From assembly GCA_963707915.1 (NCBI GenBank), contig OY970178.1, forward strand, positions 1,504,001-1,568,000: a DNA stretch of 64,000 bases, in the 5' to 3' direction. The position numbers and the translations under genes are program-made. The notes below the pieces were generated by a model. The model was not told the origin of the DNA. It was given only the letters and a program-made list of their open reading frames with translations, and did not search any database. The DNA comes from Candidatus Eiseniibacteriota bacterium. GTDB taxonomy: Bacteria > Eisenbacteria > RBG-16-71-46. Shown here in pieces: positions 37,212 to 48,298 of the stretch. Each line of letters opens with the position of its first letter. Within the stretch, counting starts at the first letter, position 1.

Positions 37212-38774
37212 TCAGGCGCCGGAGGAGCGCAGGCGGGCGACCAGGGCGGCAGCCAGCACGCGCGTGTCCCGCCAGCCGACGGCGGTGAGCAGCGAACCGG
37301 CCAGGCAGAGCACGCCGCCCACCACCCCCGCGATCAGGACCGACGCCAGCGACTGCGAGAAGTAGGGCTTGAGGAAGTAGAGGAGCAGGAGCGCGGGCGC
37401 CCCGCCCGCCAGCGCGGCCGGCAGCGTGAGCAGCGTGGCCTGCATCGACGGCAGCGCCGTCTCGGAGCGATTCAGCAGCGGCCGCAGCAGCAGGTTCTTG
37501 GCCAGCAGCGCGGCGGTGTTGCCGAGCGCGAAGCCCAGCAACCCGAGATGGAAGTGCAGGGCCAGGACCAGGCTCAGCACGGGGTTGGCCACGGCCACGC
37601 TGATGTCGCTCAGGGCGATCCAGCCGATCCTCCCCCGCGCGACCAGGGTCATCCAGATCGGCTCCAGCGTGATGGCGACCAGCGTCGGCGCCAGCATGGC
37701 GATCATGTAGACGGCGCTGCCGCGGTACTCGGGGCCGACCCAGCGCGCGAGGAAGACGTCCCCGATCACGCAAGGCACGAGGCAGAGCGGCACGCCCAGC
37801 GCGGAGCTGAATCCCACCGCGCGCAGCACCACCCGCCGGGTCCGGTCCACCTCGCCCCGGGCGTCCATCTGGGTCAGGAGCGGGGCCAGGGCCGAGACGC
37901 CGGCGTAGAGGAAGCCGGAGATGAGCGGCGCCCAGCGCGTGCCGAGCGAGTACTCGGTGACCTGGGCGGGACCGTAGATGCGCCCGATCAGCAGATTGTC
38001 CGTGGCCAGGTAGAGGATGCCCGCCGCCTGCGAGACCAGGCCCAGGCTGGCGAACTGGAAGAGCGACTTGCGCAGCGCCGGCGAGCCGAAATCCGGCCGC
38101 GGGAAGACCGCGACGACGATCCGCTTCCTCGCGCTCCAGATGCCGAGGGTGACGGCCACGACCAGTTCGGCGACGCAGACCGTCACCCCGTACAGGGTGA
38201 GGCTCGGCACGAAGACCAGGAACGCCGGGACCACGAGCGCGATCTTGAGCAGCGCGCCGCAGGCGCGCACCAGGGACACCGAGGCGGTGTGGCCGGTGAC
38301 GTAGATCGGCATCTCGAGGATGCCGCCCGTGTCGCTCAGCCCCGCGGCGACGAAGACCAGGATCATGCCGCCGGTGGCGTCCGCGACGAGGCTGGTCGGG
38401 ACCCGCATGAACAGGCAGAGGCCGTGCGCCAGGGCCACGCCGGTCAGCACGACCACGGTGCGCAGGACGGCGGTCCACCAGAAACCGGCGGAGTAATAGC
38501 GCTCCGCCAGCTCGCGGTCCCCCGCGTGGTAGTGGACCGTCACGTAGCGCCGCATCGCGCTGCCGAGCCCCCCGCGCAGCAGCCAGAGGTACTCGAGCAG
38601 GGCGCCGGCGGCCGCGGCGATGCCGTAGAGCTCCCGGCCCAGCCGGTGGAGGACGAACGGCGTCAGGACGATGCCGACGGCCAGCGTCAGGAACCGCGCA
38701 GCCAGGCTGGCGGCGGCATTCAGCGCCGCGACTCCGGTCAGGCCGTGGGACCGCTTCGCCACCGGCTCGCTCAC
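37212..38774 (-). CDS. Wzx-like polysaccharide flippase (MATE-like)
   Basis: LTPFVLHRLGRELYG, TDNLLIGRIYG..VTEYS, FLARWVG.EY; about 12-14 TM helices. Confidence 0.82.
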   Translation of the reverse strand: MSEPVAKRSHGLTGVAALNAAASLAARFLTLAVGIVLTPFVLHRLGRELYGIAAAAGALLEYLWLLRGGLGSAMRRYVTVHYHAGDRELAERYYSAGFWWTAVLRTVVVLTGVALAHGLCLFMRVPTSLVADATGGMILVFVAAGLSDTGGILEMPIYVTGHTASVSLVRACGALLKIALVVPAFLVFVPSLTLYGVTVCVAELVVAVTLGIWSARKRIVVAVFPRPDFGSPALRKSLFQFASLGLVSQAAGILYLATDNLLIGRIYGPAQVTEYSLGTRWAPLISGFLYAGVSALAPLLTQMDARGEVDRTRRVVLRAVGFSSALGVPLCLVPCVIGDVFLARWVGPEYRGSAVYMIAMLAPTLVAITLEPIWMTLVARGRIGWIALSDISVAVANPVLSLVLALHFHLGLLGFALGNTAALLAKNLLLRPLLNRSETALPSMQATLLTLPAALAGGAPALLLLYFLKPYFSQSLASVLIAGVVGGVLCLAGSLLTAVGWRDTRVLAAALVARLRSSGA

Positions 38775-38820
38775 GACGTCACCCGGTTCGCCGAGCCGGC
38801 CGCTTCGGGCCGCACCGGCC

Positions 38821-39957
38821 TCACGGGCGGGCCGGCCCGGCGCCGGCCCCCGTCCCCGACGCGTAGGGCAACAGCGGCGCATCGGAGTGATTGTAGGTGA
38901 TGTGCAGCGCGGCGGACCGGTCCCAGGCGCCCTTCGGCCAGACGTGGATCGGGACGTCGTAGCCGATGGGCCCGAAGTGGTTGGCGAGCAGCGCCGACTG
39001 CAGGACCGGGCAGCTGGCCCGGGCGTGGATCAGCAGCGGCCGGTCGGCCATGAGCTCCGTGGCGGCTTCCGACACCATCCAGGTGTAGAGGGCGACGTCG
39101 GGCCGCGGGGCGAACAGCTCGACGATGCCCGCCTCGAGCCCATGGTCCCCGATGTAGGTGCGGGTCATCACCCAGCCGCGCAGGCGCCCCTCGACGAGGA
39201 ACGTCAGGAAGCGGTACGTCCCGCTCCAGCGGCCGTCCGTCATCCAGCGGAGGACCTCGGCGTCGGGCTCCTGCACGAAGCCGTAGCCCGTCTCGTCCTG
39301 GTAGAGCCGGCCGATCTCGTCTCCCGGCATCTCGACGCGCTCCACCCGGCCGGTCGCGGGGACCTCGCGCCGCCGGGGCGCGTGGTAGCCCGCCACGACC
39401 AGGTCGAGCGCCCGGCGGGGGAGCACGGAGTGCAGCCCCATGCGGCGCTCGAGGCGTTCCGCCAGGATGTCGCCCGACACCGGCAACTCGTACTTCCTGG
39501 CCATGCCGATCGGCTCCCACTTCATCATGGGCAGCGTCGCGAGCACGTCCCCCGTCCCGCCGACCGAGACCACGGTCTCGGGCTGCCGCATCATGGCCCG
39601 CATCAGGCGGATCCCGATCCCGGAGCCGCGCAGTCCCGGCAGGCAGTGCCAGTCGAAGACCTCCAGGCACGCGACGGACCGGCCGCCGACCCGGTACCGC
39701 TTGCGCAGCGCGAACAGCATGCCGAGGCAGTCGTCGTCCTGCATCGCCACGAACATCCGGCTGTGCGGCTGCGACTGCAGGTAGCGCCAGTCGTAGTAGG
39801 CCTCGGTCCGCGGGCGGGACCAGTAACGCTCGCCGAAGCCGCGCACCGCGGGCAGCAGGTCCGGGGCGAACGGCACGACCCGGGCCGGCCGCTCCCGGTC
39901 CATCGGCACCGCGTCGCGGCCCTCGACGCGCGGGGTCTTCTCCTCGGGCTCGTTCAC
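38821..39957 (-). CDS. GNAT-like acyltransferase
   Basis: YYDWRY, FDWHCLPGLRGSGIGIRLMRAM (acyl-CoA-binding motif A). Confidence 0.7.
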   Translation of the reverse strand: MNEPEEKTPRVEGRDAVPMDRERPARVVPFAPDLLPAVRGFGERYWSRPRTEAYYDWRYLQSQPHSRMFVAMQDDDCLGMLFALRKRYRVGGRSVACLEVFDWHCLPGLRGSGIGIRLMRAMMRQPETVVSVGGTGDVLATLPMMKWEPIGMARKYELPVSGDILAERLERRMGLHSVLPRRALDLVVAGYHAPRRREVPATGRVERVEMPGDEIGRLYQDETGYGFVQEPDAEVLRWMTDGRWSGTYRFLTFLVEGRLRGWVMTRTYIGDHGLEAGIVELFAPRPDVALYTWMVSEAATELMADRPLLIHARASCPVLQSALLANHFGPIGYDVPIHVWPKGAWDRSAALHITYNHSDAPLLPYASGTGAGAGPARP

Positions 39958-40003
39958 GGCTGCACCGCGGTCCGCGGGCGCCCGGCAGGCCCCGCGAGCC
40001 CTC

Positions 40004-40855
40004 TCACTTCGGCCCGGGGAGCCGCGCGAGGAACACCAGCAGCTCCTCCGCCACCCGGCGCCGGCCCGGCCCGTTGAGGTGCGAGCCGTCCGTCGTGTAG
40101 GCCGGGACCAGCGCGTAGCCGCTGCGGTTCCCGAGGCGGATGGTCTCGCGGCTGCCGTCCGGGCGGGTGGACTCGATGGCGGCGAGGTCGAACAGCGGCT
40201 CCGTGCCGCGGTAGGCGCCGCGCATCAGGTCGTTGAAGCGCTCCCGCGCGAGGTTGGCGCCGTAGCGGCCCGGGTCCCGCCCGAGCAGCCGCTTGAGCGC
40301 CGCCCGCGGCCCGGACCCCACCCGCACCAGCGGGGTCGTCACGTGCACGAAGACGACCCCGGGGAACTGGGCACGCAGGTCCGCCATCGTCCTCCGGTAC
40401 TTCTCGAACACGGCCGCGACATCGGTCTTCTCGGTGATGTCCACGTAGCAGTACTTGTGGAACGCCACGTCGACCTTGCCGCGGAGCGGGCCTTCGAGCC
40501 GCCGGGCGAAGTCGTCGGTTTTGCCCCCGGGATCGCCGTTCCGGCCGACCGTCCCGTGCGCGAAGACCCCGCCGCCGCCGTCCAGCGCGCCCTCGCCTGA
40601 GGCCACGCGCAGCCCGATGCGCGGCTCGTCACGGAGGACGTCGGCCACGCCGTCCATGATGTTGGCGCCGACCGACTGGTGGCCGAAGAACACGCGTTTC
40701 CCGGCCAGGCTCTGCCAGGCCGTATCGGGCACCTCGCCGAGCGATGCCCGGCGCACGGATCCCTGTTTCACGGCTCCACCTCGACATGCTCCCGTCAGCA
40801 GCGCTGCAGAGAGCAGCAAGAGACCCACCCAGCGCGTCGCAGCCGGCTTCGCCAT
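40004..40855 (-). CDS. Exported SGNH-like protein (possible lipoprotein)
   Basis: Signal peptide with LTGAC; FFGHQSVG, KYCYVD, TDGSHLN (D-x-x-H). Confidence 0.65.
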   Translation of the reverse strand: MAKPAATRWVGLLLLSAALLTGACRGGAVKQGSVRRASLGEVPDTAWQSLAGKRVFFGHQSVGANIMDGVADVLRDEPRIGLRVASGEGALDGGGGVFAHGTVGRNGDPGGKTDDFARRLEGPLRGKVDVAFHKYCYVDITEKTDVAAVFEKYRRTMADLRAQFPGVVFVHVTTPLVRVGSGPRAALKRLLGRDPGRYGANLARERFNDLMRGAYRGTEPLFDLAAIESTRPDGSRETIRLGNRSGYALVPAYTTDGSHLNGPGRRRVAEELLVFLARLPGPK

Positions 40856-40871
40856 GCCCGTTCGCCTCCCG

Positions 40872-41141
40872 CTACGCCCGATCGCTTCCGGTCACGCGAC
40901 CCCGCGCTTCCGCTCCACGAACGCCGGCGATCCGGACGATGGAGTCCAGGTTCGCCGGCACGATCTCGTCGTCCTCGACCTGCACGGCGAACGCCTGCTC
41001 GAGGAAACCGATGATCTCGAGCACGCCGGTGGAATCTACCACGCCCAGGTCCAGCAAGGACGCATCGTCGGTCAGGCGGGCGGCATCCGAGACGAAGAAG
41101 TTGCTGGTGATGAATTCGCGAACGCGCTGCTTGGTCTCCAT
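40872..41141 (-). CDS. Acyl carrier protein
   Basis: SLLDLGVVDSTGVLEII..LEQAF..EIVPANLDSI. Confidence 0.9.
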   Translation of the reverse strand: METKQRVREFITSNFFVSDAARLTDDASLLDLGVVDSTGVLEIIGFLEQAFAVQVEDDEIVPANLDSIVRIAGVRGAEARGRVTGSDRA

Positions 41142-41148
41142 CGGCTGG

Positions 41149-42735
41149 CTACCTCAGGTCGGTCTTCTTGATCTTGCCCCCGCTGGTGCGCGGCAGGTCG
41201 CTCACGATCTCGACCACCTTGGGCACCAGGAAGGCCTCCAGGCGCTTCCCGCACTCGATCTGAACTGCCTTCCCGGTGAGCGCCGCGCCCTGATCGAGGA
41301 TGACGAACGCCTTCACCGCCTGCCCCAGGATCGGGTCGGGCACGCCGATGACGGCCGCCTCCCGCACGCCCGGGATGTCCACCAGGGCGTTCTCCACCTC
41401 CCGGGGGGAGACCTTCTCGCCGCGGCTCTTGATGATGTCGTCCATGCGGCTGACGAAGTAGAGGTAGCCCTCCTCGTCGAAGCGGCCGTAGTCGCCGGTG
41501 TAGAGCACGAACTCGCCCGGCAGGGGCCCGGGCCGCAGCCGCTCGGCGGTGTCCTCCGGCTTCTCCCAGTAGCCCCGCATGACCGTCGCGCCGCGGATGA
41601 CCAGCTGGCCGATCTCGCCGGGACCGACCTTCCGGTCGTTCTCGTCGACCAGCCAGAGCTCGGTGTTCGGGAGGGCGATGCCGATGCTGTCCGGCTTGCG
41701 GTCCACGTCCTCCGGCGGCAGGTAGGCGCCCCGCGCGCACTCGGTCAGGCCGTACATCGAGTAGACCTGCGCCTGCGGCAGCCAGCTCCCGCAGCATGCG
41801 GATGTACTTCACCGGCAGCGCCGCCGCCGCGTTGGTCACGTAGCGCAGCTTCGAGAGATCGTAGTTCCTCAGCGTCTTCAGCTCGCCGAGCATGGCGAAC
41901 ATCGTGGGCACGCCCGGCAACCCGGTGACGCCCTCCGCCACCAGCGTGCTCCAGCACCTGCGCCGGGTAGGCGAACGAGCGCTCAGCACCAGCCGCGCCC
42001 CCACCTTGACCGAGATGATGAGCTGGTAGAGCCCGTAGTCGAACGCCAGCGGCAGGACGCTGAGGATGACGTCGTCCTCGACGTTCTCCAGGTAGGTGGT
42101 GATCGACGTCGCCGCGGTGAGCATGTTGCGGTGGGTCAGCATGATCGCCTTGGGCGTGCCGGTGGTGCCCGACGTGTAGACGATCGCGGCCAGATCGATG
42201 TCGAGGTTCAGGCGCGGCGGCGGCGCGTCGTGCCGCTCGGCGGCCAGCGCCTCGTCCCAGGCCGCGACCTGCGGCAGGCCGGCGGTGCGCTCCCGGTCGA
42301 TGGCGCCCGGACGATCACGGTGCGCAGGTGCGGCGAGCCGGCCGCCGCCTCGGCGAACGTGGCGGCGTGGCGGGCGTCGCGTGACCAGCGCCGTCGGCCG
42401 GCAGTCGTTGAGCAGGCTGGCGAGCTTGTCGCTCTTGACCTGGGAGGTTGACGATGGCGGTCACCGCGTTGGCCTTGAGCACGGCCCAGAAGGCGATGAC
42501 GGTCTGCGGCGTGTTGTCGGCGAAGATCACGACGCGGTCGCCGCGCTGCGACGCCGCGGCGCACCAGCGCGTGGGCCAGCGCGTTGGACTGGGCCTCGAT
42601 CTCGGCGTAGGTGAGGCGCTGGCCGTCACAGACCAGCGCGATCTTGCCGGGCAACCGCGCGGCCGTCTCGTGGAGGTAGTCGTGGAGCTGCGGCACGGCT
42701 GCGGGCCACCGCTGGACATGCTGGAACGGACTCAC
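41149..42735 (-). pseudogene. AMP-dependent acyl-CoA/acyl-ACP ligase, frameshifted (probably sequence error)
   Basis: YTSGTTGTPKAIMLTHRN, YGLTEC, LYTGD..FVSRMDDIIKSRGEKVSP, LPRTSGGKI, spread over several frames. Confidence 0.85.
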
Positions 42736-44749
42736 GCCGGGCCCTCCCGCAGGCGGTCTGCCACCGTGTGAAACGTGGCCGGCCGGACCGCCCGGACTCC
42801 GCCACCGACGAACGACTCGTGCAGCAGCTGGGTCGAGAGGACGCCGACCAACGCCATGTTGTCGGCGTTCGAGAACTGGGACTCGTCCCGCCGCCCCACG
42901 CACTTCCGACAGAGCTGGCCCGCGACCCCGGGTCGAAGACCCCCGCCCGCGCCAGGGCCTGCTCCGACATCGCTTCCGCCACCCAGCCGGGCGCGTCCGG
43001 CCCGACGAACGAGAGCGCGTCCGGGGCGCGGTACGGCTGCTTCTTCCTCGTCAGGATATCGGCCGGCAGGAGGTCGCGCGCCACGCGTTTGAGGACGTGC
43101 TTCTCGTCGAGGCCGGCCAGCTTGTACGCCGTCCGGCAGCGAGTCGGCAAGCGCCACGACCTCGCGGTCGAGGAACGGGAAGCGGCCCTCCACGGAGTGG
43201 GCCATGAGCATCCGGTCGCCCTGCGACGAAAGGAGGTAGCCCGACAGCAGCGTGCGCACCTCGAGGTACTGGTCCCGGGCGAGGGGGGTCCAGCGCCCGA
43301 ACTCCGGGGGCAGCGTGGCGAGCAGCTCCGCCACCGGATCGAAGTCCCCGACGGCCGCCCGCATCTCCGCCGAGAACAGGCGCTGCAGGGCCGCCGCCGA
43401 GCGCCAGCGCGGCCCGTGGCCGAAGCCCGGCTCCCGCCAGCGGGCCAGGTCCTGGCCGAAGAACTGGCGGGCCATCGCCTCCTGCGCCACCGGCGAGCGC
43501 GCCAGGTACGGGTAGAGGCGCTGCGAGCAGCCGCGGCCGCGACGGCGACTCCGGCTGCCGCGCCCAGAAGCGGCGCAGCCTGCGCCTCGCGGAACAGGTC
43601 GTAGCCGGCGAACATCTCGTCGGCGCCCTCGCCGGTCAGCACCACCTTGATGCCGGCGTCGCGCACCAGCTTCGAGAGCAGGAAGAGCGGCGCGGGCGCG
43701 GTGCGCAGAACGGCCGCTCGGCGTGCGCGACGACGTCGGGGAAGACGCGCGGCGATGTCGGCCCGCGGTGACCGACGATCTCGCGGTGCTCGCTGCCGAG
43801 GCGCTCGACCATCAGCCGCTGGAAGCGCGTCTCGTCGTACTCGGCGTCGTCGAAGCGCAGCGAGAAGGTTGAAGAACCGCTCGCCCTTGGCCCGCAGCCC
43901 GAGCGCGGCGACGAGCGAGCTGTCGAGGCCGCCCGAGAGGTAGCTGCCCACCGGCACGTCGGAGCGCAGCATGCGCAGCCGCGTCGCCTCCTCGAGCGCG
44001 GCGCGGGACGCCGTCGTCGGCGTCGTCCAGCGTGCCGCCGAAGCGCCCCTGGTCGCCCTCGGGGTAGCGCGGCGGAGCGTAGGCGCGGTCGGTGACCCGC
44101 CCGTTCGCGTAGATGCGGACGTGCCCCGGCTCGAGCTCGGCCACCCCGGCGAAGACGCGTCCGGGGCGGCAGCGCGGACCAGAAGGTGAAGACCTCGGCG
44201 AGCCCGCGCGGGTCGAACGCGCGCGGGATGCCGCGGTCGGCGGCGAAGATCGCCTTCACCTCGCTGGCGAAGTAGAGCCGCCCGTCGTGCTCGCAGGTGC
44301 AGAGCGGCCGGACCCCGAGCGGGTCGCGCGACAGCACCAGCGTGGCCGACCGGCGGTCCCACAGGGCGACGGCCCACTGCCCGTTGAAGCGCGCGGAACG
44401 CGCCCTCGCCCCACGCCTCCCAGGCGTGGACGATCACCTCGGTGTCGCTGCGGGTCCGGAAGCGGTGCCCGAGCGCCTCGAGCTCGTCGCGCAGCTCGAG
44501 GTAGTTGAAGATCTCGCCGTTGAAGACGATCCACAGCGTGCCGTCCTCGTTGCGAGAGCGGCTGCTGGCCGGTGGCCAGGTCGATGATCGAGAGGCGCGC
44601 GTGTGCCGAGCCCGGCGCGCGCGTCACGGTAGACGCCGCAGCTCGTCGGGCCCGCGGTGCCGCAGGGCGCCGACCATGCGCGAGAGCTGCTCCAGGCCCG
44701 GCGGCTCGATCCCGTCGCGCAGCGACAGGATCCCGGCGATGCCGCACAT
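42732..44749 (-). pseudogene. asnB: Asparagine synthase (glutamine-hydrolysing)-like amidotransferase, frameshifted
   Basis: MCGIAG N-terminus, [53 protein letters not shown]; multiple indels. Confidence 0.88.
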
Positions 44750-45735
44750 CAGCCGCGGGTCCCGCCCGGGGTCCGGACGAGGAGCGGCCCGAGGTGCAGG
44801 GGGCGCGTCGTGCGCCGCTTCTGGTCGATGTCGCGGTAGACCCGCTCGACCTGCGCGGCGGTCGAGCCCGATCGCGGCCGCCACCTCGGCGGCGGGCACG
44901 CTCGTGGCTGCGGCCGTAGAGGCAGAGGTCCATCGGCCCGTAGGGCAGGCGCGAAGTAGAACTCCTCCTGCGTCTGCGGCAGCGAGAACGTGTCGGTGGT
45001 CGGCAGCTGGCTGCGGATCTCCTGCGGCACGCCGAGGTACTCCGCGAGCTGGTAGACCTGCGTCTTGTACAGGTGCGCGATCGGCTTGAAGTCCGCGGCG
45101 CCGTCGCCCTGCTTCACGAAGAAGCCCTGGTCGTACTCCAGCCGGTTGGGCGTGCCCGCCACCGCGTAGTGCAGCCGGTCGGCGTGGTAGTACTCCATCA
45201 TCTTGCGCATCCGCTGCTTGAAGTTCGTGGCCGCGATCAGCTGCAGGTAGGCCTGCAGCGGCAGCCGCGCGGACTTCCGCTCGCCCGAGGGCGTCTCGAT
45301 GACCAGCTGGGTGACGTTCATGCGATCGTCGTCCATGACCGGCGGCAGGGCCACCTTGCAGCGCCAGCCGTCGCCGTACTCGGGGAAGACCATCCGGATG
45401 GCCTCCGTCCTGGCGCCCGTAGCAACCGGCCGCCGCGAGGATCGGGCCGATGTCCTCCACCCGGGTCTCGACCCCGAGGTGCGCGCCCAGCAGGCGGCCC
45501 AGCGCCAGCGCCGGTGTCGCCCGAGTCGCGCTCGGGCATCAGCAGCGCCAGCACGCGCTCGCGGCCCAGGGCGCGGGCGCAGAGCGCGGCGACCACCGAG
45601 CTGTCGATCGCCGCCCGAGACGCCGACGACCGCGCCACGGCGGCGCAGCGTGCCGAGCACCTGTTCACGGATGGCCTGCTCGATCTCGGCGACCGCGGCG
45701 GCCGCATCCAGCTTCAGCGTGTCCATGGAGAGCAT
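44749..45735 (-). pseudogene. nadE: NH3-dependent NAD+ synthetase-like protein, frameshifted
   Basis: VVGVSGG-IDSS (split by an indel), ATNFKQRMRK, GTPNRLEYDQGFFVKQGDG, HLYKTQVYQLA, PTTDTF. Confidence 0.85.
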
Positions 45736-45802
45736 GGTTCGAGGGTTCCCCTTTCGAGCCGGCAGGATAGCATCCCCGGCACGATCCGCACACGCCGCCG
45801 GC

Positions 45803-46345
45803 CTAGCCCCCGAGCCGGTGCGCGGTCACGGGGCCGGTGAGCAGATCCGCGCCCAGCGTGAGGTAGAGCATGCCGTCCGCCACCGACAGGTCGAACGCCA
45901 TGCGCCGCTCGAGGCGTTCGACCAGCGCGGCGACCAGCGCGCGGTCCAGCCCGTAGAGCTCCAGGGCCTCCGCGCGGTGGATGCGCCCGCCCGCCAGCGA
46001 GTCCCAGTAGCGGGCGGCGTCGCGGTGCGAGTAGACCGCCACGCGCGGCGCGGCCTTGCTGGCCCGGTGCAGCCGGGCGGCATCGGGTGTGCCGATCTCG
46101 ATCCAGGCCTGCAGGGCACCGGTCAGGTCCCGCACCTCGAGCGCCGGCTGGTCGGGGTCCGCCAGGCCCCGGGAGAAGGCGAGCCCCTCCCGGCACTCGA
46201 GGCAGTAGGCGAGCACGCGGGCACAGAGGAACTCCTCGCTCTCCGAGGGATGCCGCGCGGCGCGCAGGTCGAGCGACTCGTAGACCCCGCGGTCCACGTG
46301 GGAGAGTCGCACGGCGAACTGGTGGATCACGGCACCGAGAGCCAG
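45803..46345 (-). CDS. yaeQ: YaeQ-family protein
   Basis: (M)ALGAVIH..LSHVDRG.Y..ARHPSES, LAFSRGL..DQPAL..DLTG..WIEIGTPD..RLHRASK; CTG start inferred. Confidence 0.88.
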   Translation of the reverse strand: MALGAVIHQFAVRLSHVDRGVYESLDLRAARHPSESEEFLCARVLAYCLECREGLAFSRGLADPDQPALEVRDLTGALQAWIEIGTPDAARLHRASKAAPRVAVYSHRDAARYWDSLAGGRIHRAEALELYGLDRALVAALVERLERRMAFDLSVADGMLYLTLGADLLTGPVTAHRLGG

Positions 46346-46456
46346 GGGGACCTCGACTTCGGTTATGGTGGTTCGAGTCGGTGACCGGGTGAGACTACAC
46401 CGGCCGGGCCCGGCGCGTGCAGGTCGCGAACCTTCGAGCGAGGAGATCCGCAGGAC

Positions 46457-48247
46457 ATGGCGCTGATCAGCCTGAACGGTGTGAGCCTCACCTACGCCGG
46501 GCCTCCCCTGCTCGACGCGGTGAGCCTGCAGATCGACGACGGCGAACGGCTCGGGCTGCTGGGCCGGAACGGGGCCGGCAAGTCCACGCTGCTCAAGGTC
46601 CTCGAGGGCACGCTCGCCCCCGACGCCGGCGACGTGGTCCGCCAGCCGGGGCTGCGCGTGGCCGGCCTGCGGCAGGAGGTCCCGCTCGACCTCCCCGGCA
46701 CCGTGCGGGAGCACCTGCACGAGGCCTGCGGCGTCACCCGCAGCGACGCGGCGTGGCGGATCGAGACGCGCATCGACCAGGCCGCCGCCGACCTGGCGCT
46801 CGACCTCGACGCCACCATCGCCACGCTGTCGGCCGGCTCCAAGCGCCGCGTCCTGCTGGCCGCCACGCTGGTGCGCGACCCGGACCTGATGCTCCTGGAC
46901 GAGCCGACCAACCACCTCGACCTCGAGGCCATCCGCCATCTCGAGGAGTCGCTGCTGCAGCGGCGCGGCACGCTGGTGTTCGTCACCCACGACCGCAGCT
47001 TCCTGCGCCGCCTCGCCACCCGCATCCTCGACCTGGACCGCGGCGTGGTCCGCAGCTACCGCTCCGGCTACGACGCCTACCTCGCGACGCGCGACCAGGA
47101 GCTGCGCGTCGAGGGCGAACAGGCCGCGCTCTTCGACCGCAAGCTGGCGCAGGAGGAGACCTGGGTGCGCCGCGGGATCAAGGCGCGGCGCACGCGGAAC
47201 GAGGGCCGGGTGCGGGCGCTCGAGGCGCTGCGGGCCGAGCACGGCGCGCGCCGCGAGGAGGTGGCGCGCGTGAAGGCGCAGCTCCAGGAGGCGGAGCGCT
47301 CGGGACGCGTGGTGCTGCGCTGCACCGGCCTCGGCCACGCCTACGACGGGCCGCCGATCGTGCGCGACCTCACCGCGACGATCCTGCGCGGGGATCGCGT
47401 CGGCATCCTGGGGCCCAACGGCTGCGGCAAGACCACGCTGATCCGCCTGTTGCTCGGGGAGCTCGCGCCGCAGCAGGGCTCGGTGAGCGCGGGCACCAAG
47501 CTCGAGATCGCGCACTTCGAGCAGTTGCACGACGTGCTCGACGACACCAAGACCGTCGTCGAGACCCTGGGAGAAGGGCGCGACACGGTCACCGTGGGCG
47601 GCGTGGAGCGCCACGTCGTCGGGTACCTGCGCGACTTCCTCTTCAGCCCCGAGCAGATCCAGGGCCCGGTCCTGCGCCTGTCGGGGGGCGAGCGCAAGCG
47701 GCTCCAGCTCGCGAAGGTCCTCTCGCGACCCTGCAACCTCCTGGTCCTCGACGAGCCGACCAACGACCTCGACCTGGAGACGCTCGAGCTGCTCGAGGAG
47801 CTGCTGCTGGAGTTCCGGGGCACGCTGCTGCTGGTCTCGCACGACCGCGCGTTCCTCGACAACGTCGTCACCTCGACCCTGGTCTTCGAGGGGGCCGGGC
47901 GGTGGCGCGAGTACGTCGGCGGCTACCAGGACTGGCTGCGCCAGCGGAAGCCAGCGGAGCCGGCGCCCGCCGCGAAGCCGGACCGGCCCAGGCCCGAGCG
48001 GGCCGCGCCCCGACCGCGGCGCATCGGCTTCATGGAGAAGCGCGAGCTGGCCGGGCTCCCCGCACGGATCGAGCACCTCGAGGGCGAGAGGCAGCAACTC
48101 TTCGCGTTGATGGCCTCACCGGGCTTCTACGCCTCGCGGGGCGACGAGGTCGGTGCCACCCGGTCGCGCCTCTCCGCGGTCGAGGCCGAGATCCACGAGG
48201 CCTACGCGCGGTGGGTCGAACTCGAGAGCCTGGCCGGCGGCGACTGA
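46457..48247 (+). CDS. uup: ABC-F family ATPase (Uup-like)
   Basis: Two NBDs (GRNGAGKST / GPNGCGKTT), LDEPTNHLD / LDEPTNDLD, WVRRGIKARRTRNEGRVRAL linker, coiled-coil C-terminal domain. Confidence 0.9.
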   Translation: MALISLNGVSLTYAGPPLLDAVSLQIDDGERLGLLGRNGAGKSTLLKVLEGTLAPDAGDVVRQPGLRVAGLRQEVPLDLPGTVREHLHEACGVTRSDAAWRIETRIDQAAADLALDLDATIATLSAGSKRRVLLAATLVRDPDLMLLDEPTNHLDLEAIRHLEESLLQRRGTLVFVTHDRSFLRRLATRILDLDRGVVRSYRSGYDAYLATRDQELRVEGEQAALFDRKLAQEETWVRRGIKARRTRNEGRVRALEALRAEHGARREEVARVKAQLQEAERSGRVVLRCTGLGHAYDGPPIVRDLTATILRGDRVGILGPNGCGKTTLIRLLLGELAPQQGSVSAGTKLEIAHFEQLHDVLDDTKTVVETLGEGRDTVTVGGVERHVVGYLRDFLFSPEQIQGPVLRLSGGERKRLQLAKVLSRPCNLLVLDEPTNDLDLETLELLEELLLEFRGTLLLVSHDRAFLDNVVTSTLVFEGAGRWREYVGGYQDWLRQRKPAEPAPAAKPDRPRPERAAPRPRRIGFMEKRELAGLPARIEHLEGERQQLFALMASPGFYASRGDEVGATRSRLSAVEAEIHEAYARWVELESLAGGD

Positions 48248-48298
48248 GCGAGGCGCCCCGCCGGGGAGCGCCTCGCGCGTGCGGACCGGCCGTCCGGC

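Noticed and set aside
41149..45735. Lasso peptide cluster (asnB-like cyclase) or NRPS
   Set aside because: The AsnB has a full MCGIAG glutaminase domain; there is no B1/B2 protein, precursor peptide or condensation domain; the context is polysaccharide modification
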